From NCBI GenBank assembly GCA_963749705.1, contig CAVVNQ010000015.1, positions 384,001 to 448,000 on the forward strand: a stretch of 64,000 bases of DNA, written 5' to 3'. The notes under the pieces are model-generated. The model saw nothing but the letters and a program-made list of their open reading frames with translations. It ran no database searches and was not told where the DNA came from. Below are positions 37,583 to 47,585 of the stretch, one piece after another. Each line of letters starts with the position of its first letter. The stretch's first letter is position 1. The translations under genes were made by a program, and so were the position numbers. The stretch comes from an uncultured Chloroflexia bacterium (lineage in GTDB: Bacteria > Chloroflexota > Limnocylindria > Limnocylindrales > CSP1-4).

Positions 37583-39622
37583 ATGCAACCCCAGCCCGAC
37601 CAGCCGCCCGTTTCCGAGGCACCCGCCGTCGATGAGGACCCCATCACCCCGGACGAGGCGCTTCCGCCCGGCGATGAGCCCGTCGCAGGCGATGAGGCAG
37701 CCACCAGCGACGAGCCAGCCACCAGCGAGGTGTCGCCGGCGGGCGACGAGCCCGCTCCCGCCCTGGAGCCGGAGGCGCCGGCCGACATCGTGGCCGATGC
37801 GCCGGCCACCAGCGATCAGCCGCCGGCGGGCGACGTGCCCGCCATAGGCGATGAGCCAGCTGAGCCGCCGGCTGTCGATGAGCCGGCCACCAGCAAGCCC
37901 GCCGACGGGGAAACGCCGCCCGAGCCCGCCTCACCCGAGGCCCCGACCATCCCGCGCACGGTCGCCGAGCTGATCGCGGCGACGCTCCGCGCCGCGGGCG
38001 TTCGTCTCGCGTTCACCGTCCCGGGCGAGAGCTTCCTGCCCGTGCTCGACGCGTTCGAGACCGTCGGGATCCGCGTCGTGGCAACCCGCCACGAAGGCGC
38101 GGCTGCGTTCGCGGCCGAGGCGTACGGCCAGCTCACCGGGCGGCCCGCGGTGTGCCTCGGCACGCGTGCCGTCGGTGCCGCGAACCTGGCGATCGGGGTG
38201 CACACCGCAACCGCGGACTCGACGCCCATGTTCGTCCTGATCGGCAACGTCACGTCGGAGGTCAGGGGTCGCGAATCATTCCAGGAGGCCGATCTCGTCG
38301 GCACGCTGGGCCGCCTGGCGAAGTGGACGGGCGAGATCGAGGATCCTGCGCAGGCGGCGGGGACCCTCGAGACGGCCGTGCGCGCGACCGTCGAGGGCCG
38401 GCCGGGCCCATCGGTCCTGGTCGTCCCCGAGGACGTCCTCGCGCTGGCGATCCCGGAGGGCACCGTCGCACCCGTCGTCCGGCCGCATCCGGAGCCGCCC
38501 GACACCGCCGACGTGCGAGCGGTTCTCCATTTCCTGGCCGGGGCCGAGCGTCCGCTGATCCTGGCCGGTGCGGGCGTGCTCCGGGCGCGATGCTCGAACG
38601 ACCTCGTGCGGCTGGCCGAGCTGCTGCACGTCCCGGTCGTTGCGAGCTGGCGTCGCGGTGACGTGATCCCGAACGATCACCCGCTGTACCTGGGCATGAC
38701 CGGCTACGGCAGCCCCTCGATCGTGCGGGAGCGGATCGCGGCCGCGGACGCGCTGCTCGTGCTCGGCTCGCGGCTCAACGAGCCGACGACCTCCGGCTAC
38801 CGGGTCCCCGCACCCGGCCAGCGCTGGATGCACGTGGATCTCGAACCTCGTGAAGGCGCGATCGGTGACACGCCGGCGCCGGTTCGGGCGATCCGGGCCG
38901 ATGCCCGAGCGTTCGTCCGGGCGGCGCTCACGAGGCTCAGGGAGGCCGTCCTGCTGGCCCAGCCACTCCAGGCGAGGGATCGGCACAACCCGGCCGATCG
39001 GGCGGCCTGGGAGGCCGCGACGATCGTCGACGACAGCGCGTGGGACGGACCCGGCATCCATCCCGGCCGGATCGTGACCGAGCTGCGGCGGCTGCTGCCG
39101 GAGGACGCGATCATCACGACCGACGCCGGCGGGTTTGCCGGCTGGGCCGCACGGGGCTTCCGGTTCGGCCGCCCGGGGACGTTTCTCGGGCCGACCTCGG
39201 GCGCGATGGGCTACGGGCTCCCGGCGGCGATCGCCGCCGCGCTCGTCCACCGCGAGCGACGGGTCGTCGCCCTGCTCGGCGATGGCGGCCTGGGCATGAC
39301 CCTCGCGGAGCTCGAGACGGCCGTACGGGTCGACGCCCACGTGGTCGCGATCGTGTTCGACAACGAGTCATACGGGATGATCCGCGGGCACCAGGGGCTG
39401 AGCGGCAGCCCGACGCTGCCCGGGACCAACCTGGGCCCGTTGGACTTCGCGGCGGTCGCGCGGGCGTGTGGCGCACGAGGGGTGCGAGTGGACACCGACT
39501 CGGCATTCGAGCCGGCGCTGCGCACCGCGCTGGCCGCGTCCGGCCCGACCGTGATCCACCTTGCGCTGGACGCCCGGTGGGTCTCGGTGGACGACCATCC
39601 GGGCGTGACGCCCGCTCCATGA
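37583..39622 (+). CDS. Thiamine-diphosphate-dependent enzyme (acetolactate synthase-like) with acidic N-terminal extension
   Basis: VPGESFL, RHEGAA, GAMGYGLPAA, GDGG...FDNESYGMI ThDP motif; SD CAGGAGG. Confidence 0.88.
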   Translation: MQPQPDQPPVSEAPAVDEDPITPDEALPPGDEPVAGDEAATSDEPATSEVSPAGDEPAPALEPEAPADIVADAPATSDQPPAGDVPAIGDEPAEPPAVDEPATSKPADGETPPEPASPEAPTIPRTVAELIAATLRAAGVRLAFTVPGESFLPVLDAFETVGIRVVATRHEGAAAFAAEAYGQLTGRPAVCLGTRAVGAANLAIGVHTATADSTPMFVLIGNVTSEVRGRESFQEADLVGTLGRLAKWTGEIEDPAQAAGTLETAVRATVEGRPGPSVLVVPEDVLALAIPEGTVAPVVRPHPEPPDTADVRAVLHFLAGAERPLILAGAGVLRARCSNDLVRLAELLHVPVVASWRRGDVIPNDHPLYLGMTGYGSPSIVRERIAAADALLVLGSRLNEPTTSGYRVPAPGQRWMHVDLEPREGAIGDTPAPVRAIRADARAFVRAALTRLREAVLLAQPLQARDRHNPADRAAWEAATIVDDSAWDGPGIHPGRIVTELRRLLPEDAIITTDAGGFAGWAARGFRFGRPGTFLGPTSGAMGYGLPAAIAAALVHRERRVVALLGDGGLGMTLAELETAVRVDAHVVAIVFDNESYGMIRGHQGLSGSPTLPGTNLGPLDFAAVARACGARGVRVDTDSAFEPALRTALAASGPTVIHLALDARWVSVDDHPGVTPAP

Positions 39623-39961
39623 CTCGGCCCACGCTGCACCTCGTCCCGGAGGCCGTCTGGGATGCCCACGACGCGGGTGCGCCGTACCTGCCCGCCGCAT
39701 ACCCCGATGACGGGTTCGTGCACTGCACGGATGGCGACGAGCTGATGGTCGACGTCGCGAACCGGTTCTACCGCGACGACCCGCGGCCGTTCCTGCTGCT
39801 GACGCTCGACCTCGAGCGGACCGGCAGCCCGTGGCGGTTCGACGACGCCGGTCGGAAGTACCCGCACGTGTACGGGCCGATCGACCCGGCCTCGGTGCTC
39901 GACGTTCGGCGGCTGGCTCGCGATCCGGACGGAACGTTCGTGCGGCATCATCGCGCGCTGA
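39619..39961 (+). CDS. DUF952 family protein (probable 1-nt insertion near 39941 displaces the stop)
   Basis: GFVHC, YPHVYGPI, DGTF motifs; the nearest plausible stop (TGA 39959) is in another frame. Confidence 0.8.
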
Positions 39962-40053
39962 GCCGGCGACCCGCGAGGATCCGGCGAGGATCGCCGGCCT
40001 GCCGCGACCGGCGACCGCCCCAGTGTCCGTCGACGCGCCCGGCGGGACGCCCT

Positions 40054-41289
40054 TCAGGTGCCGGCGACGTCCTGGCGCGGCGGCGTCCGCGGGATGAGCC
40101 ACCAGGCGACCAGCGCGCCCAGTGCCGTCGCGACCACGGCCACCGCGAGTGCCGCCTCGATGCTGATCCCGACGAGCACGCCGCCGATGGCGGCCCCGAA
40201 CGGGTAGCCGAGGAAGTTGAGCGACATCGACACTGCGAACGCGCGACCCAGCCAGGCCGGATCCGTCCGGCGCTGGCGCAGCGTGAACAGGGCGACGTCG
40301 AGCGGGCCGTTGAGGAACCCGGTGATCGCCATGATCGCGATCAGCACGGCGAGGGTGGGGGAGGCGAGCAGGACGGCCGTGGCCACGGCCATGCCGGCCA
40401 TCGGCAGCATGAGCATCTGCCGCTCGCGTCCCTGTGTGCGCCACCGGCCCGCCAGCAGCGCGCCGACGCCGCCCGTGACGCCGGACACCGCGAACACCGC
40501 GCCCACGACGGCTTCGCCCTGGCCCAGGCGCTGGAGGACGAGCACGGGCAGTGCGATCGTCACGATGCCCCAGCCCACGTTGAGGATCGCGAGCGAGATC
40601 CCGAGCGCTCGAAGCGTCGGGTTGAGCAGCGTGTAGCGAAGCCCCTGCCAGGCGTCCACGAGGAGCTTGCCCGTCGATTCGGTCTCGTTGTGCGGATCGG
40701 CCACGCGAACGAACACCACGGCCGCGATCCCGAACAGCGCGCCGATCACGAGCAGCGTCCGTGGACCACCGGCCAGCTGGACCAGGAGGCCGGCCGCGGG
40801 GGGCCCGATGAGGGTCGCGATGACGTAGCCGTTGGAGTCGAGCGCGTTGACGCGCTCCCACAGGCGCTTCGGGACGAGCAGCGGGAACAGCGTGCGCAGC
40901 CCGACCGAGCTGAGCGGTGCCGTGAGCCCCGCGACGGCGGTGACCAGCACCAGGATCACCGGGGTGAGGGCGTCGGTGAGTGCCAGGCCGGCGATCAGGA
41001 TCAGCGACGCGGCGCCGACGAGCTGGTCGATCACGATCAGCCGCGCCCGTCCGTGCCGATCGAGCAGCGCCCCGGCGATCGGGCTGACGATCAGGCCGGG
41101 ACCGACGCTCGCAAACGTGACCAGCCCGGCGAGGGCAGGGGAGTCGAACCGGTCGAGGGTGAACAGCACGATCGCGACGCCGAACATGCTGCCGCCGATC
41201 CGGCTGAGCGCCATGCCCAGCAGGATCCGACCGATCGTCGGGATCCGGAGCAGCTCGCGATACGAGGCGGGACCTTCGGTATGGGGCAT
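40054..41289 (-). CDS. MFS transporter
   Basis: About 12 TM helices; GALLDRHGR motif A; LRQRRT...LGRA. Confidence 0.9.
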   Translation of the reverse strand: MPHTEGPASYRELLRIPTIGRILLGMALSRIGGSMFGVAIVLFTLDRFDSPALAGLVTFASVGPGLIVSPIAGALLDRHGRARLIVIDQLVGAASLILIAGLALTDALTPVILVLVTAVAGLTAPLSSVGLRTLFPLLVPKRLWERVNALDSNGYVIATLIGPPAAGLLVQLAGGPRTLLVIGALFGIAAVVFVRVADPHNETESTGKLLVDAWQGLRYTLLNPTLRALGISLAILNVGWGIVTIALPVLVLQRLGQGEAVVGAVFAVSGVTGGVGALLAGRWRTQGRERQMLMLPMAGMAVATAVLLASPTLAVLIAIMAITGFLNGPLDVALFTLRQRRTDPAWLGRAFAVSMSLNFLGYPFGAAIGGVLVGISIEAALAVAVVATALGALVAWWLIPRTPPRQDVAGT

Positions 41290-41385
41290 CGAGCGGACGC
41301 TATCAGACGCCGAACCCTCGGCGCCGGCCCGGTCACGATCGCTGGCGATGCCCTCCGCGCGCCGGCTGGCGGCCCGGCCGGCGGC

Positions 41386-41769
41386 TCAGCTGCGATGGCG
41401 ACGAGGGGTGTGGGCACGGCCGACGAACCCGGGGCGTCGAAGGACGAGCCCCCCGATCGCAGCCAGGCTGATCCCGGTCAAGACAGGGACCGCCGCCTTC
41501 GCCGCTCGCGGTGGCAGGATCAGCTCGAAGAACGGAACGGGATCGCCCCATTCGGCCTGCAGCGGCCCGACAGGGCAGTTGCCGTGCCCGACGACGAGCG
41601 CGGCTCCCTCGCTGACCAGGAACGCGACGCTGGCCCAGACCTTGTATGTCCGTCGGCGCGTTGCGACGCACGCCCAGATGTAGGCAAGGCACCCGAGCTG
41701 TGCCACCGACCACGAAGCGTGGGCGATGCGCCAGGCCTTGGCGCGTGGTGGCAGCGACTGCCACGTCAC
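41386..41769 (-). CDS. Hypothetical membrane protein (DUF2784-like GNCP motif)
   Basis: Three hydrophobic segments, H in the first helix, GNCPVG; start uncertain. Confidence 0.55.
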   Translation of the reverse strand: MTWQSLPPRAKAWRIAHASWSVAQLGCLAYIWACVATRRRTYKVWASVAFLVSEGAALVVGHGNCPVGPLQAEWGDPVPFFELILPPRAAKAAVPVLTGISLAAIGGLVLRRPGFVGRAHTPRRHRS

Positions 41770-42015
41770 CAAACCATCGTCCCCAACAGAGACCTCCCGC
41801 CTCGGCCGACGCGTACCCCCGGCCCTTGTTGTGACCAATCTCCCGACCAGCGTACGGCGAGAAAGTGACATTCGGCGGTTTAGCCCTTCCCCAAACGGCC
41901 CGCAGGCTTCCTGGATGCGTTCGGCGGTCGCGGACGGGAGCGGAGGAGTCGCATGAGTCTGGGAGCTTCAGCGGAGTCCATCCAGGACACACGGAGCACG
42001 AAGGAACGCTCGAGA

Positions 42016-42294
42016 ATGGAACTGGCCTTCAACGTTGTCGTCTTCACCCTGTTCCTCGTTCTCTGGATAGCCTTCACGTATGGCCTGGTGGCGAACCAGG
42101 GTGGCCTGGACAACATCTGGAAGGCGATCCAGGGCCTGCCCCTCATCGCCCAGGTGATCGTGTGGCTGCTGTTCCTGCCAGTCACGGCCGGGCTGTGGAT
42201 CTGGGAGGCGTCGTGGCCGCTGCTGGTCCGACTGCCCCTCGTGGCGGCATTGGCGGGCTGGAACATCTGGATGTTCTTCCCGTTCAAGAGCTGA
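42016..42294 (+). CDS. Small Trp-rich membrane protein
   Basis: 92 aa, three TM segments, SD GAAGGA upstream. Confidence 0.65.
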   Translation: MELAFNVVVFTLFLVLWIAFTYGLVANQGGLDNIWKAIQGLPLIAQVIVWLLFLPVTAGLWIWEASWPLLVRLPLVAALAGWNIWMFFPFKS

Positions 42295-42421
42295 CGCCGT
42301 GCCTTACTGACTGCCCGGACGAGGACGCGCAAGACGGTCCGCCAACTCAGGTCCAGAAAGCACTTCATCGAACCGTGGCGGGACCGGATTCTCTCCGCGG
42401 CGAGCGTCTGACACGGGCGCG

Positions 42422-42886
42422 ATGGTTCCGGACGGGATGACGCTCATGGGAGCTGGAGGTTCGGCCGTGGTCAGGCTGTTCGACGCGACATTCATGCTTG
42501 GCACCGTTCTCGTCGTTGTGGCGCTCGGCCTCGCCGTTGCGGCTGTGGCGCGCGACGACCTGCCGCTCATTGGCACAGGTGTCGGGGCGCTCATCGCCGT
42601 GGCTGTCATCGGGATGACGGGGTGCGCCGTCGGCGGCATCTCACAGGCCCCGGTGGCAGGCTGGACGAGTCCGACGATCATCCTCGGCGTCGTACTCGGT
42701 GTCCTCGCTCTGGTCGTCGTGGCCGCGGGCGTGTTCGGCTGGACCGGCGTTCTGGGGCCCATTGCCCCGCTCGTCCCGGGTCAGGCCGGGACTGTCGCGC
42801 CGGCCCGCGTGGCGATCGTGGCGCTGGGCGCGCTGATCGCCGTGAAGTGGCTCGTCGCCACAGCCATGGCCGCAGTCGCGAAATGA
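42422..42886 (+). CDS. Hypothetical membrane protein
   Basis: Four hydrophobic segments; start uncertain. Confidence 0.55.
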   Translation: MVPDGMTLMGAGGSAVVRLFDATFMLGTVLVVVALGLAVAAVARDDLPLIGTGVGALIAVAVIGMTGCAVGGISQAPVAGWTSPTIILGVVLGVLALVVVAAGVFGWTGVLGPIAPLVPGQAGTVAPARVAIVALGALIAVKWLVATAMAAVAK

Positions 42887-42942
42887 CAGCCCGCTGCCGC
42901 CTGGCCGTCGCTGTTCGCAGCCGCGGGCGGACGCGATCGACG

Positions 42943-44985
42943 TCAGCCTGAGTCGCCTCTCGACCATGTCTCGACCGACGCCGCCCGGCCGAACAGATAG
43001 CCCTGCCCGAAGCGAACCCCGATGCCAAGCAAGGCGGAGCGTTCCCCGTCAGTCTCGACGCCCTCCGCGACCAGGCGCGCACCGAGCTCGGTCGCGAATC
43101 GATGGAAGCCCATGATGGCAGCCAGGCGCGCGGGATCGCGGTCGGCGCCCGCAACGAGGGATCGGTCTAGCTTGATCTCGTCCGGCTGAAGCTCGACGCA
43201 ATGGCGGAGGCTTGCGAATCCGGCCCCCGCATCGTCGATGCTCCAGCGGACACCTGGAAAGCTCGTGAGGGCGGCCCGCAGCCCCGAGTAGTCGTCGATC
43301 TGGTCGCGCTCGGAGATTTCGAGGGTGAGCGATCGTTGGCATCCTCCCAGAAGAGCGCGCAGGCCATTCGGCTCGAGAACGAGCGCTGGCGAGACGTTGA
43401 GGGCCACCGGGACGTCGGGTGGGAGAGCGCGGGCAGACCTCAACGCCATCGCGAGCGTCGCATGCTCGAGCTCTGGTGACAGCCCGACTGCTGCCGCCTC
43501 GGCGAACCGTCGTTCAGGTGGAGCGTTGTCATCGAACCGGGTCAGCGCCTCGTACCCGACGGTGAGGCCATTATCGAGAGAGACGATCGGCTGGAACACG
43601 GCCCGGAATCGTTGATGGGCGATGACCGCCCGAATCTCGGCTCGCAGGACGTCGGACTTCTCTCGCTCGCGCAGGTCGGGTCCGAGACGGGCCGACACGA
43701 TGGCCCCCACCTCGGCGTATGTGCTCAAGTGACGCTCGAGCGCCGTGACACCGGCTGGCTGGCATGTCGAGAGAACCATCAGCCCCCGGGTTTCACCGGC
43801 TGTCCTGAGCGGTTGGTAGGCGACCGCGGTGATCCCCACGCGGCTCAGCGCCAACCCGTAGCTTCCGTCCGCCTCGCGGGGATCCCAGGGTTCAACCCAC
43901 GCCCCCTGCCGGGCCCGACGGCGCAGGTACCGCGCCCTGGTTGCCGGTAGGCGAACACCTGCTGTCAACGTTGGCACCGAGAGCCCTTCGGCGGCGAACA
44001 GGAAGACCAGCCCCCTGGGTCCGAAGCCGAGGATGCTCACGCGGTCGACATCAGGGAGATCCACGAGCTCGGTCGCAATCGCGCGGGCCTGGGCATCGAG
44101 CCCGAGCAGTGGGTCAAGCCCCTCGAGGGCGAGCTCGACGACGGCCCGCTCCCGATGTTCGCGCGCCGCTCGGTCCTCGAGCCGCCGCTCCGACGTCACA
44201 TCGGTCGAGACGCCGATCAGGCTCGAGATCATCCCTCCCGCATCGCGGAGCGGCTCGACGACGGTCGCGAAGACGCGCCCGGCGAGCGCCAGGTCGACGA
44301 ACAGCCGCTCTCCGCGCAACGCGCGCTCGAACTGAGCGAGGAGCCGAGTGGTGCCGGATTCCAGCTCGTCGAGACGCCGTCCAACGAGTTCCTCGCTGGT
44401 GCGTCCCACGGCCGCAAGGCCGGCACCACGGGCGAGCGTGATCGTCCCAGTCAGGTCGAGCGCCCAGACGATGACCGGCGCGCCGCCCACCACCGTGTCG
44501 AGCTCGTGCCGGGTCCGCTCCAGTGCCTCTTCCGCAACCACCCGTGCGGTGACATCGCGGGCAATCCCCTCGACAGCGACCAGACGGCCGGCTCGATCAA
44601 GAACTGGCACGGGGGTGGACTCGAGCGCGGCCCAGGTCCCGTCTGTCCGCCGCCAGCGCCAGGTGGAGGGACGGATCGCGCGCGGATCGGTAGGCGTCGA
44701 CCGCATCTCATCCAGATGGGCCGGATCGACGAGCCGGTATGCGAGCTCAGGATCCGCGTAGAGCTCCTCGGCCGTGACGCCGAGCAATCCCTCGACCGCT
44801 CGATTGACGAACTCGAGCCGCGGAGGGACGAACCCGAAGCGATACACGACGTCAGGCAGGTGTTCGACGAGCCGTCGAAAGGAGATCCGCGTCCCGCGCG
44901 GGGCGTCCGGACGGAGGGATCCGGGGCCCCGCGCTGGACGGGAGCTTTCAAGGTCGGGCGGTTCGGCTGGCTTCGTTGCGGTCAT
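42943..44985 (-). CDS. PAS-PAS-GAF-EAL c-di-GMP phosphodiesterase
   Basis: Two PAS/PAC repeats (GIARDVT, GVSTDVT), GAF-like segment, FQPIV, YEALTR, LNVSP, IDDAGAGFAS, IKLDRS, VAEGVE, GQGYLF. Confidence 0.9.
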   Translation of the reverse strand: MTATKPAEPPDLESSRPARGPGSLRPDAPRGTRISFRRLVEHLPDVVYRFGFVPPRLEFVNRAVEGLLGVTAEELYADPELAYRLVDPAHLDEMRSTPTDPRAIRPSTWRWRRTDGTWAALESTPVPVLDRAGRLVAVEGIARDVTARVVAEEALERTRHELDTVVGGAPVIVWALDLTGTITLARGAGLAAVGRTSEELVGRRLDELESGTTRLLAQFERALRGERLFVDLALAGRVFATVVEPLRDAGGMISSLIGVSTDVTSERRLEDRAAREHRERAVVELALEGLDPLLGLDAQARAIATELVDLPDVDRVSILGFGPRGLVFLFAAEGLSVPTLTAGVRLPATRARYLRRRARQGAWVEPWDPREADGSYGLALSRVGITAVAYQPLRTAGETRGLMVLSTCQPAGVTALERHLSTYAEVGAIVSARLGPDLREREKSDVLRAEIRAVIAHQRFRAVFQPIVSLDNGLTVGYEALTRFDDNAPPERRFAEAAAVGLSPELEHATLAMALRSARALPPDVPVALNVSPALVLEPNGLRALLGGCQRSLTLEISERDQIDDYSGLRAALTSFPGVRWSIDDAGAGFASLRHCVELQPDEIKLDRSLVAGADRDPARLAAIMGFHRFATELGARLVAEGVETDGERSALLGIGVRFGQGYLFGRAASVETWSRGDSG

Positions 44986-45224
44986 CCGCGATGGCGCTCC
45001 CCAGACTCCGGGATGTCGGGCTCTTCGACACGGCAGGCGGGGTGCCTGGGCTCGAACCAGGCAGATTCGGGCGCCTGTCACATCGACGGTTGTAGCCGTC
45101 GGGGCCGCGGATGTCCAAGACGTAGATTCGCTCGCAGCTACACCACCAGGGTTATCGATCCCCCGGCGCACGCAGGCAAACGACCTGACAGCGCCCTGGC
45201 GTCATGCTCGGCAGGTCGGCCTTG

Positions 45225-46175
45225 TCAGGCCGGCCGTCGCCCGCGCGTTGGAACGGTGCGTCGTCGTCTGGGCGATCTTGTTTCCGACACCGCCGACGCG
45301 CCCGACCTCGGCCGCCGCACCAGGTCAATGGCCCGCTGCACGGCCTTCGGATGGGGACCCTCCAGCCACAGCACAGCAAGCACGAAGTCGGGAGCATCGA
45401 CGAGCGTCACGAGCCTGAGACCCTTGGGTAACTGTCGGGCGATCGTTGGCGGCAGGATTGCGCACCCGGCGCCATCTGCCACGAGCGCGAGCACCGCGCT
45501 CAGCGCATTGGTCTCGATGACGATCTGGGGCGCAACGTCGCGCCCGGCGAACACGTAGTCGAAACAGCTCCGGAGCCCGGTGCCCGGTCGGGTCACGATG
45601 AAACGCTCCTGGGCAAGATCGCCAACGCCGACCGAATCCCTCTCTGCCAGCCGGTGATCCTGTGTGACCACGAGGGCATACCGTTCGCGTCGGACGACGG
45701 TGTGGCCCAGGCCAGTCAGATCGATGCGATCCGGCAGGGTAACCATCGCGAGGTCGAGCGCGCCTCGGCGGAGCCCCGCGAGGGACTCGGAGGTGGGCCA
45801 CTCGACGATCGATACCTCGACTCCGGGGTTCTTGATCGTGTAGTCGCTCAGGTACCTGACCATCTGAGGATCGGCCTGGTGCCACCACGATGTCCGCAGG
45901 ACGCCGCGCGTGCCCTGGTCGAACTCGCTCATCGCATCCGAGAGGTCGCTCAGCTCGGCCAACACGCGTCGCGCGCCAGAGAGGAATGCCTCGCCTGCGT
46001 CCGTGAGGGCGACATGCCGGCTCGTACGCTCGAAGAGACGAACGCCGAGCTCGTCCTCAAGATGCCGGATCGCGGCCGAAACGGCCGGCTGCGCGACATG
46101 GAGCTCGTTCGCTGCCCGCGTGAAGTTGCCGTGGCGGGCGACCGCGTCAACGAATTCGATCTGGCGGATATCCAT
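45225..46175 (-). CDS. LysR-family transcriptional regulator
   Basis: NFTRAANELHVAQPAVSAAIRHLEDELGVRLFERT. Confidence 0.93.
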   Translation of the reverse strand: MDIRQIEFVDAVARHGNFTRAANELHVAQPAVSAAIRHLEDELGVRLFERTSRHVALTDAGEAFLSGARRVLAELSDLSDAMSEFDQGTRGVLRTSWWHQADPQMVRYLSDYTIKNPGVEVSIVEWPTSESLAGLRRGALDLAMVTLPDRIDLTGLGHTVVRRERYALVVTQDHRLAERDSVGVGDLAQERFIVTRPGTGLRSCFDYVFAGRDVAPQIVIETNALSAVLALVADGAGCAILPPTIARQLPKGLRLVTLVDAPDFVLAVLWLEGPHPKAVQRAIDLVRRPRSGASAVSETRSPRRRRTVPTRGRRPA

Positions 46176-46338
46176 GGCGCGCCACCCTCCGTGGGCTCCT
46201 GTCTCCCCAGTCCGTTGATCCGACTGCACCGTACTCCTCGGTTTCCGGTCGCGCACCCCGTGAAATCGTGCTTCTTGCGCGGACCGGCGCAGGAGCCAGT
46301 GGCGGCCTGCCCCTTGCGTCCAGGCGATAATCGACGCG

Positions 46339-47265
46339 ATGAAAGCGGCCGGGATCCGGGTCCTGGGTGGGCCGATCGAACGGCTGGAGCTTCCGGCTCC
46401 ACCCCCGCCCGACGGCAACGAAGTGCTGATCGAGGTCAGGGCCGCCGGGATCGGGAACTGGGACGACCTCGTCCGCACCGGTGCATGGGACGTTGGCACA
46501 ATTCCGCCGATGGCTTTGGGCGTGGAGGCGGCCGGCGTGGTGCGTGCGATCGGTGCCACGCAGACGCGGTTCGCCCTGGGAGATGAGGTCCTCGTCCATT
46601 CCGTACCGCTTCGCCACCACGGGGCCTGGGCGGAGTGGTTCCTCGCTCCAGGTGGTCACGTGGCGGCCAAGCCGGCAGGCCTCGACTGGACCGTCGCGGG
46701 CGCACTCCCGGTGCCAGCTCTCACGGCCAGCCAGGTCGTCTCGCGCCTCGGTAGCGGGAGCGGCGACGAGGCGCTGATCCACGGGGCCGGCGGCGTGACC
46801 GGCGGGCTGCTGGTGGCGCTCGCGGCCGCGACCGGCTGTCGCGTCGTGGCCACCTGCTCGCCCCGCGCCTCAGGACGCGTCCGCGGCTACGGGGCGAGCG
46901 CCGTTGTTGATTACCACGCCGCTGACTGGCCTTCGCAGGCGCTGCGTGCCACGTCGGCGCGGTTCTCGGTGGTGATCAACGCGGTGCGTGGCGCCTCCGC
47001 AGCGCTGCTGCCGCTGGTGGCGGACGGGGGACGCCTGGCGACCATCACTGGCGACCCGCCGCAGGGCGAGCGGGGCATCCTGGTGGTCGACGCCTACGTC
47101 GCCCCGGATGGACCGACCCTCGAGGCCGCCGTGGGTCAGTTCGTCGCACGAAGCCTTGCCATCCCGATCGCCGGCATCTACGGCCTCGGCGACGCAGCCT
47201 TTGCTCTCGACACCGTCGCGACTGGTCGCGCCGAGGGGGCATGCGTGGTCGATCCACGGAAGTGA
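46339..47265 (+). CDS. NADPH:quinone oxidoreductase-like MDR protein
   Basis: EVLIEVRAAG, LGVEAAGVV, GDEV, IHGAGGVTG; divergent from LysR. Confidence 0.88.
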   Translation: MKAAGIRVLGGPIERLELPAPPPPDGNEVLIEVRAAGIGNWDDLVRTGAWDVGTIPPMALGVEAAGVVRAIGATQTRFALGDEVLVHSVPLRHHGAWAEWFLAPGGHVAAKPAGLDWTVAGALPVPALTASQVVSRLGSGSGDEALIHGAGGVTGGLLVALAAATGCRVVATCSPRASGRVRGYGASAVVDYHAADWPSQALRATSARFSVVINAVRGASAALLPLVADGGRLATITGDPPQGERGILVVDAYVAPDGPTLEAAVGQFVARSLAIPIAGIYGLGDAAFALDTVATGRAEGACVVDPRK

Positions 47266-47281
47266 CGGCGGCCGTCCGGGG

Positions 47282-47554
47282 CTACTGTGGCCTGTCGTGG
47301 CCCCTCGGAGCTCCCTTCCGCGCACGTTTCTCATCGGGGGAGGCCTTCTCGCCCCACGCGTCGGTGATCTGCTTGAACACCTTGCCCATCCCCGGACGCA
47401 TCAGGGCGCGGCGCTCCGCCTCGGCCTCGCGGTCCCGCCGGCGGTCGCGCGCGGCCTCGCGTGGATCCAGGGCGTCGTCGAGGTCCTCATCGACCTCGTT
47501 GCCGTCCTCCGGCGCGTCCGGATCGAGCTCTTCGTCGGGGGCATCCTCGTTCAC
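47282..47554 (-). CDS. Small hypothetical protein with acidic N-terminus
   Basis: Strong GC3 codon bias; TTGACG-17-CACGAT immediately upstream of GTG (possibly leaderless). Confidence 0.55.
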   Translation of the reverse strand: MNEDAPDEELDPDAPEDGNEVDEDLDDALDPREAARDRRRDREAEAERRALMRPGMGKVFKQITDAWGEKASPDEKRARKGAPRGHDRPQ

Positions 47555-47585
47555 GGCGCCATCGTGGGCGTGCGCCTGATTGCCG

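Noticed and set aside
39040-41868. 942-aa ORF
   Set aside because: Only 39619-39950 (DUF952) is protein-like; the rest is antisense shadow of the MFS gene, reached through a probable indel.
45160-45205. c-di-GMP-I riboswitch-like GCAGGCAAAC near the EAL gene
   Set aside because: Wrong strand relative to the EAL gene, and the GNRA/ACGCAAAGC second-stem elements are not evident.
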